Source: an uncultured virus (IMG/VR IMGVR_UViG_3300048135_000646)
Lineage: Duplodnaviria; Heunggongvirae; Uroviricota; Caudoviricetes
DNA length: 64,000 nucleotides
IMG/VR virus record: IMGVR_UViG_3300048135_000646
Reading direction: 5' to 3' (one strand)
Part shown: piece after piece, positions 58,701-64,000 of the stretch
How the letters are laid out: every line of letters starts with the position of its first letter
Numbering within the stretch: the stretch's first letter is position 1
The notes under the pieces: generated by a model
Told to the model about the DNA's origin: nothing
Database searches by the model: none
Seen by the model: only the letters and a program-made list of their open reading frames with translations
Position numbers and translations under genes: made by a program

Positions 58701-61700
58701 ATATACTGAGACAGATACATTAGATAGTGTGACCACTAGAGGTGCAAGTACAAGTAATGATATATCAGTAGGGAAACTCACTTCATCACACGGTTACTTT
58801 AACTCGAAGGTTGCCACATCCCCAAGTGGTGACGATTTAAACATATCAGGATACGGTATGTTGGGTAACAGAGATGGGAATCCTATATACGTACACAACT
58901 TCGGAAACGGTGGAATTAGATTAGGTGTTAATACAACATTAGGTAATGGTAATAATGGTGTACATATAACAGACACATTATCTACCTTTTACACAAACCT
59001 TAGTGTAACAGGAACTATAACCGCATCAGGTTATAACGATACTAATTGGAACACAGCGTATGGATGGGGAGATCATTCACAAGCAGGTTACTTAACAACA
59101 TATAATGATGAGCACACAACAGGTGCAACATTCAATACTGGTAATGGAGTAATCACATTTAGAAAAAATAATGGGAATAGTTATACTGTCGATATTGATG
59201 GTAGATTTTTAGACACAAGAGCACAAGTACACACTGAATTATATAGTACAGATGGTGACGCTAATGATTATACCGAATTTGGTATATATAGAAATTATAA
59301 TTCTAATGGACCTATCAATGGTCACAACACAATACTACATGTATCTCAAACAGATGGTAATTATGGTTTTCAATTAGGTAGTTCAACGGTAGCTAATGGA
59401 GACGGGCTATACTTTAGAAATTTCGCGGGTAATAACACAATAACAGGGTCAACGTGGCTTCAGATCGCAACAAGAGATTGGGTCGGTGATCAAAATTACG
59501 TAACTACTTCAGGTTATAATAATGTGAATTGGGATACTGCATATGGATGGGGCGATCATTCACAAGAAGGTTACATAAAATCTTACACCGAAACTGATAC
59601 ATTAGATAGTGTAACCACCAGAGGGTCAAGTACTTCTAATGCAATTACTGTAGGTGAATTAAAAACAACGAAAGTATCAACACCTACGGATGATAATTTA
59701 TACCTGTACCCAACAGGTAATGGTCATTTATATTTAGGTGACTCTGGTAATGGTATGAATATGTATCATTACAGTCAGCAGAATAACGGAAAATATACAA
59801 CCTTTACACATAATGGTAATTATTACAGAATAAGTCCGACAGCAACATCAGGTTTAGAAATAACATCAAATACAAGAATTACGGGGACACTAACCGCAAG
59901 TGGGTATAATGATGGTAATTGGAATACCGCTTATGGATGGGGTGACCATTCACAAGAGGGATACTTAACCTCTTATAATGACGAATACACAACGGGAGCG
60001 ACTTTTAGTAGTGGTGTTATAACTTTTACAAGAAATGACGGAGATCAATATACTGTCGATATTAGTAGTACTTTAACCGATGTTACAGTAACTGGTGGTA
60101 CGTACAACGACAGTACACAAACATTAAGATTAGTAAAGAATGATGGTAATACTGTAGACATTTCAGGTTTTGCAATTGAATCAGTTAAATTTACAACAGG
60201 GGCCACATTCAACAACAGTAACGGAATAGTCACATTTACTAATAACGACTTAACTACATATACTGTAGATTTAGATGGAAGATACCTTACATCATTTACA
60301 GAAACAGATCCAATATTCACAGCATCACCTTCGGCCGGAATTACAGATACAAATATTGGAAATTGGAATGATGCGTATGGATGGGGTGACCATTCACAAG
60401 CGGGTTATTTAACCTCGAGTTCAACTCAAAGTAAATATTTAAGAAGTGACACAGACGACACAACAACGGGGACACTTACAATAGGTGATGGTAGTAATCA
60501 GGCAAGATTAAAATTACAAAAGGCGGATAACAACACGGCCGATCATATTGAATTTTATAATGGAACCACACGAGTAGGTGAGATTGGAGTTAAAGACACT
60601 ACTTGGTTAAGAATAAATCAAGAAACAAATAAAAATATTTATACACCAAGATACATTAGAGCCGACGAAGGTTTCTTTGTTGATGGTACAAGTAAAGGTA
60701 TTAATGGGTTGGGTAATTTCATCGGTGGTACTATTGCAGGTGCAAGTGATGCGAACGTAACTAATTGGGACACCGCATATGGATGGGGTAATCACGCAAG
60801 TGCTGGATACATAAAATCATATGTGAATACAAATGAATTTGTCACGGGTGCTACATTTAACACGGGTAACGGAATAATCACATTCAAAAGAAATAATGGT
60901 GGAGATACATTTACTGTTGATATTGATGGTAAATATTCAGATATAAGTCACAAGTACCACAGTTTTAGTAATGGTAATGAGTATTATGATGGGTATGGAC
61001 AAAATAATTTCTTAAGATTATTTACTGAGAATTCAGTACACGATAATTTCCGTTTTAGAAGTTATAGTGATGTGGAGTATTATGATGGTTCTAACTGGGT
61101 TACATGGAATCAGAATTTAGATACTCTTTTCGACGGTTTAGAAACCACAGGTTTTAATCTTAGTCACACACACTCTAAATTTAGATTTGTTATTCAAAGA
61201 AGTTCGGGTTGGCCTACAACAGCCAACTTTGTTATTCAATCGAGTTGGTCGGATATTGGTAATACTACCGGTAGTGTGATAATAGAAACGTACGATGGGA
61301 GTCAATATAATGTAAAAGACTCGTGGACGTACGGATCTTACCAAAGAGGATATAATTTACACACAACAACTCAAGCACACGATGGTAAAACTCAGATGAG
61401 GGTAACTATCGACCTTGATTGGTCGGATAATAGTCATGATTACACACCACTTAGAAGAATACTCATGTTGAGTAATTTTTCGGGTAATCAATATGATATG
61501 AAACCATTTACTTGGGAATATAATCAAGACGTTACTTTTGCAAGACATATAAATGTAAGTGGTGGTGATTCGTCACAATGGAACACAGCGTATGGATGGG
61601 GAGACCATGGAAGTGCTGGTTATATTACAGGTTATAGTGAGACAGACACATTAGATAGTGTAACCACTAGAGGTGCAACTACATCAAACGTAATTACTGT

Positions 61701-64000
61701 TGGTGGGGTAAACCTTAATGATAGTAACTCAATAATTGAGGAGGCATCAGGAAATGCGTTTAGATTTAAAACTTCTACAGGATATATTGATATAGGTTCT
61801 AAGAACACAGGGTGGATACATTTTGAGGGTAATAGACCTTATTATTTCGGTACATCGGTTACCGCCTTTGATGGTGATATTAGACCTTACAGTAATAATG
61901 TGAGAAGTTTAGGATCGACATCTTATAGATGGGCCGGTATATATGCAAATGGTGGTGATTCGTCACAATGGAACACAGCGTATGGATGGGGAGACCATTC
62001 ACAAGCGGGATACCTAACATCATTACCGAGTCACAATCATGATGGTAGATATCTACTCATAGGTGGAAAAGCGGCCGATTCGGAAAAGTTAGACGGTATA
62101 GATTCAACTCAATTCTTAAGAAGTGATACATCAGACACATTTACTGGTGATGTATTAGCATTCCCAACGTTAAGTCTTGGTATTTCAAATAATAATAGTG
62201 ATAACGGTTATGACACTTACTTTAGAGGTAGTTCAACACATTTTGTGTTAGGATTAAAAGCGGGTAATACTTTATATCTAAATTATGGTAACGCTTCAGG
62301 AACCATAAGATCATATGGATCATGGTTACATGGAGATACTCAAATCTTAACCAACGGTAGAGTGTTAACAAATGTAACTAATACAAATTGGGACACCGCA
62401 TATGGATGGGGTGACCACTCACAAGAAGGTTACATAAAATCTTACACCGAAACTGATACGTTAGCGAGTGTTACATCTAGAGGTGCATCAACCTCAACAC
62501 CAATAACATTACAAGGAGCACTAACATTAGCACAGTCAAATACAAGTACTGTAATCAGTGGTAATTCGTCAGGTAATCTTACTATAGATAACAATACGGG
62601 TAGTATTGCTTTCCAAGCAAACGGTTCCACAGTAAACTCCATGACAATTACATCTTCATTAATAACATTAAATGAAAATGTTCAAGCCAATGGTAATATC
62701 GACATGGGAACAAATGTCATTACCGACACTAAGGTTGGTCAATGGAATACCGCATATGGATGGGGTGACCACTCACAAGAAGGTTACATAAAATCATATG
62801 TGAATACAAATGAATTTGTTACAGGTGCTACATTTAACACGGGTAATGGAATAATTACGTTTAAAAGAAATAATGGTGGGGACACCTTTAGTGTCGATTT
62901 GGATGGTAGATATGCAGTTTCGGCACACAACCATAAATTCTTATTAGGTTCTACCGCGAATGAAGGTAGTGGTGGAATGCAAAATTGGAACTCTCAAGAG
63001 AGTACCCCGGATTTAAATCCTACAACGGATTGGTATACTTCTTTAAGAATTGGACATGGTAACCCTGTTTCATATTACAGTAATACCTTGGCCATTCAAA
63101 TGACAGGTGGTGATTCGGGTAGAATGTACATAAGAACCGTTGCTAATGGAACAAAACAAACTTGGAAGAAGTATTGGCATGATGGTGATTTTACCTCAAC
63201 CAACATATCTAATTGGAACACCGCTTATGGATGGGGAGACCATTCACTTGCTGGATACACGGGTGACCAAGATTTAAGTGGTTATGCTACTGAAACATAT
63301 GTCGGACAACAAATAGACGCCCTTATTGATTCCTCGCCAGGTACGTTAGATACACTTAATGAATTGGCGGCAGCACTTGGAGATGACCCAAATTTCGCAA
63401 CCACAATAACAGCTAGTATCGCGACTAAACTTCCTCTCGCGGGTGGAGTGATGTCAGGAAATATTGGAAGAAGTGCCCACAATAAAGGATACTTAGTAGG
63501 TGGTTATAATAATGTAGGTGCAAGTGCATCGGCAACAAACCCTATTTTCACTATTGGTACTAACTACCTTCCAGCGGTAACGAGTCTTGCTAATATGTAT
63601 GGTATTGGATATACAAGGGCCGATGCTTCATTTATGGGAGTCGCAAGTGGAAGTGGTTGGGGTATGTACGTAGCCGCTGATGGTGATGCAAGAATTTGGT
63701 TGGATGGTAGTACTGGAAATATTGCCGCAAGTGGTACGTTATCTGCATCAGGTTATAATGATGGTAATTGGAACACAGCATATGGATGGGGCGATCATTC
63801 ACAAGAAGGTTACCTTAAATCCTATAATAACGAATACACAACAGGTGCAACATTCAATACAGGTAATGGTGTTATAACTTTCACAAGAAATGACGGTGAC
63901 ACATACACGGTTGACATAGACAGTAGATATCTACAATTGTCAGGGGGATCTTTATCGGGTAATCTCAATATGACAGGTACTAACCCAATGATAAAGTTTG
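55714..64000 (+). CDS. second giant modular tail fibre (partial, >2760 aa, runs off window)
   Basis: MNIFDPHITGSLSVSAS...; frame still open at the window end; 13 AYGWG(D/N)H repeats; fibre motif SSPGTLDTLNELAAALGDDPNFATT near 63331-63405. Confidence 0.88.
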   Translation, partial: MNIFDPHITGSLSVSASAEIQGDLTVQGTIYGTAQIDGSVDNAISASHAASYLLTSSFNDYKNTAATTGSNIFIGDQTISGSLLPQGTLTHDLGSDTKRWNDIYLAGNTIDIGGTKISKNSDGNIQLHDSGNNLKKLIASEIEIGHGSNKKVLKVSNGRLKLMATNDTDEELAQLSGSFTGSFRGDGSGLINVPASGVTGLSLDSISSGSNSLVMGRDVLVSNVSILPNITDTIDLGSPDKQWRDLFLSSGSLYINGQQVISTTGNELRITTDEGESIKIIETGSDTVTLQTQDGDITLTSSGGGNIELDAPVQIGAGNKILSSDGNSIQFANGLSITGSVRLTGTVDGVDISDLNVLFNDYTSSNDTINTNQSLRLDQIESFTSSIDNTYATDGDVTTLRGDLNTYTSSNNLTNQTQNGRLDSIEIESGSIRGTFNTFTSSIGSTIKTKLNTEKVVSGSIQVDITQTTNYNLVDNRLDSVENFTSSVDGEIRDDFNTYTSSNDTDISTLNTHKTIVEGGLEFTGSNVTVKGNLLVKGTETRVNSTTVDVGDNIISLNGTGASDAGIEVRDVTSPGILSGSLLWDGVENHWKGGTKGNEERLLNNSDLTNIDDRLDLIEMATSSHDGRLDSIETVTSSFDGRLDSIETTTSSLDGRLDSIETATSSLDRRLDSIETTTSSLDGRVDSLETTSGSHDSRLDSLESNSGSYLTSYNDEYTTGATFNTGNGIITYKRNDGDTFTVDIDGRYLTSFTETDPIFTASPSAGITETNISNWDTAYGWGDHASAGYLPLSGGSGVGQAMTGNLHIQNPGPKIYLKDTTDDDDQAIYFQNNAGTTEYIISTQDFTSDGLADGMFIGSVSGDELGLVTNNTTALYIDTSQNSTFSGHIIPKADATQDLGTTNSLDFRTLYVRNIDIFNQRVNISSTGTMATFSDHTSVGDGIQFNHLGTEILRLGNGTGTTATFAGTISASGYNDSNWNAAYGWGDHADGGYITGYTETDTLDSVTTRGASTSNDISVGKLTSSHGYFNSKVATSPSGDDLNISGYGMLGNRDGNPIYVHNFGNGGIRLGVNTTLGNGNNGVHITDTLSTFYTNLSVTGTITASGYNDTNWNTAYGWGDHSQAGYLTTYNDEHTTGATFNTGNGVITFRKNNGNSYTVDIDGRFLDTRAQVHTELYSTDGDANDYTEFGIYRNYNSNGPINGHNTILHVSQTDGNYGFQLGSSTVANGDGLYFRNFAGNNTITGSTWLQIATRDWVGDQNYVTTSGYNNVNWDTAYGWGDHSQEGYIKSYTETDTLDSVTTRGSSTSNAITVGELKTTKVSTPTDDNLYLYPTGNGHLYLGDSGNGMNMYHYSQQNNGKYTTFTHNGNYYRISPTATSGLEITSNTRITGTLTASGYNDGNWNTAYGWGDHSQEGYLTSYNDEYTTGATFSSGVITFTRNDGDQYTVDISSTLTDVTVTGGTYNDSTQTLRLVKNDGNTVDISGFAIESVKFTTGATFNNSNGIVTFTNNDLTTYTVDLDGRYLTSFTETDPIFTASPSAGITDTNIGNWNDAYGWGDHSQAGYLTSSSTQSKYLRSDTDDTTTGTLTIGDGSNQARLKLQKADNNTADHIEFYNGTTRVGEIGVKDTTWLRINQETNKNIYTPRYIRADEGFFVDGTSKGINGLGNFIGGTIAGASDANVTNWDTAYGWGNHASAGYIKSYVNTNEFVTGATFNTGNGIITFKRNNGGDTFTVDIDGKYSDISHKYHSFSNGNEYYDGYGQNNFLRLFTENSVHDNFRFRSYSDVEYYDGSNWVTWNQNLDTLFDGLETTGFNLSHTHSKFRFVIQRSSGWPTTANFVIQSSWSDIGNTTGSVIIETYDGSQYNVKDSWTYGSYQRGYNLHTTTQAHDGKTQMRVTIDLDWSDNSHDYTPLRRILMLSNFSGNQYDMKPFTWEYNQDVTFARHINVSGGDSSQWNTAYGWGDHGSAGYITGYSETDTLDSVTTRGATTSNVITVGGVNLNDSNSIIEEASGNAFRFKTSTGYIDIGSKNTGWIHFEGNRPYYFGTSVTAFDGDIRPYSNNVRSLGSTSYRWAGIYANGGDSSQWNTAYGWGDHSQAGYLTSLPSHNHDGRYLLIGGKAADSEKLDGIDSTQFLRSDTSDTFTGDVLAFPTLSLGISNNNSDNGYDTYFRGSSTHFVLGLKAGNTLYLNYGNASGTIRSYGSWLHGDTQILTNGRVLTNVTNTNWDTAYGWGDHSQEGYIKSYTETDTLASVTSRGASTSTPITLQGALTLAQSNTSTVISGNSSGNLTIDNNTGSIAFQANGSTVNSMTITSSLITLNENVQANGNIDMGTNVITDTKVGQWNTAYGWGDHSQEGYIKSYVNTNEFVTGATFNTGNGIITFKRNNGGDTFSVDLDGRYAVSAHNHKFLLGSTANEGSGGMQNWNSQESTPDLNPTTDWYTSLRIGHGNPVSYYSNTLAIQMTGGDSGRMYIRTVANGTKQTWKKYWHDGDFTSTNISNWNTAYGWGDHSLAGYTGDQDLSGYATETYVGQQIDALIDSSPGTLDTLNELAAALGDDPNFATTITASIATKLPLAGGVMSGNIGRSAHNKGYLVGGYNNVGASASATNPIFTIGTNYLPAVTSLANMYGIGYTRADASFMGVASGSGWGMYVAADGDARIWLDGSTGNIAASGTLSASGYNDGNWNTAYGWGDHSQEGYLKSYNNEYTTGATFNTGNGVITFTRNDGDTYTVDIDSRYLQLSGGSLSGNLNMTGTNPMIKF

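Noticed and set aside
26471..64000. Diversity-generating retroelement or invertase shufflon acting on the fibres
   Set aside because: No reverse transcriptase or recombinase in the window; I saw no adenine-specific TR/VR pair, and the repeats are direct rather than inverted
1..64000. Stop-codon reassignment
   Set aside because: Genes are full-length under code 11, and TAA, TAG and TGA all serve as ends abutting the next gene

Overview
AT-rich, densely coding, almost entirely + strand segment of a large (jumbo-type) tailed phage. A Bacteroidota host is inferred from the Bacteroidota-like sigma70, ClpP and Hc1 proteins, one TAnnTTTG promoter and the lack of Shine-Dalgarno sites. Standard code 11 fits. 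Layout: (1) 1-19.5 kb: Mre11/Rad50-like pair, ClpP, sigma70, a membrane/lysis-like module, putative head-internal proteins, Hc1, PAP2-type enzyme, adenine MTase, NusG, AAA ATPase, thioredoxin and glutaredoxin. (2) 19.5-37.2 kb: tail fibre genes, including a 2902-aa fibre with an S74 chaperone. (3) 37.7-55.6 kb: an ~18 kb glycan-modification island (glycosyltransferases, two GT7 enzymes with an inserted LamG domain, two radical SAM enzymes, methyltransferase, NDP-sugar dehydrogenase, two SGNH proteins, carbamoyltransferase). (4) 55714 to the end: a second giant fibre gene (>2760 aa) missing from the ORF track. Most notable observations: the island sits between two giant fibres built from WxTAYGWGDH-delimited modules; two paralogous 39-aa peptides ending D(N/P)FTYKH bracket the carbamoyltransferase; an A10 slippage site could add a Pro/Thr-rich tail to a membrane protein; a TATTTAT(A/C) motif recurs before genes; and three ATAT-centred palindromes lie in the fibre leader. 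No tRNA, rRNA, CRISPR, integrase or reverse transcriptase was seen. All family calls come from motif recognition by eye, not database searches.
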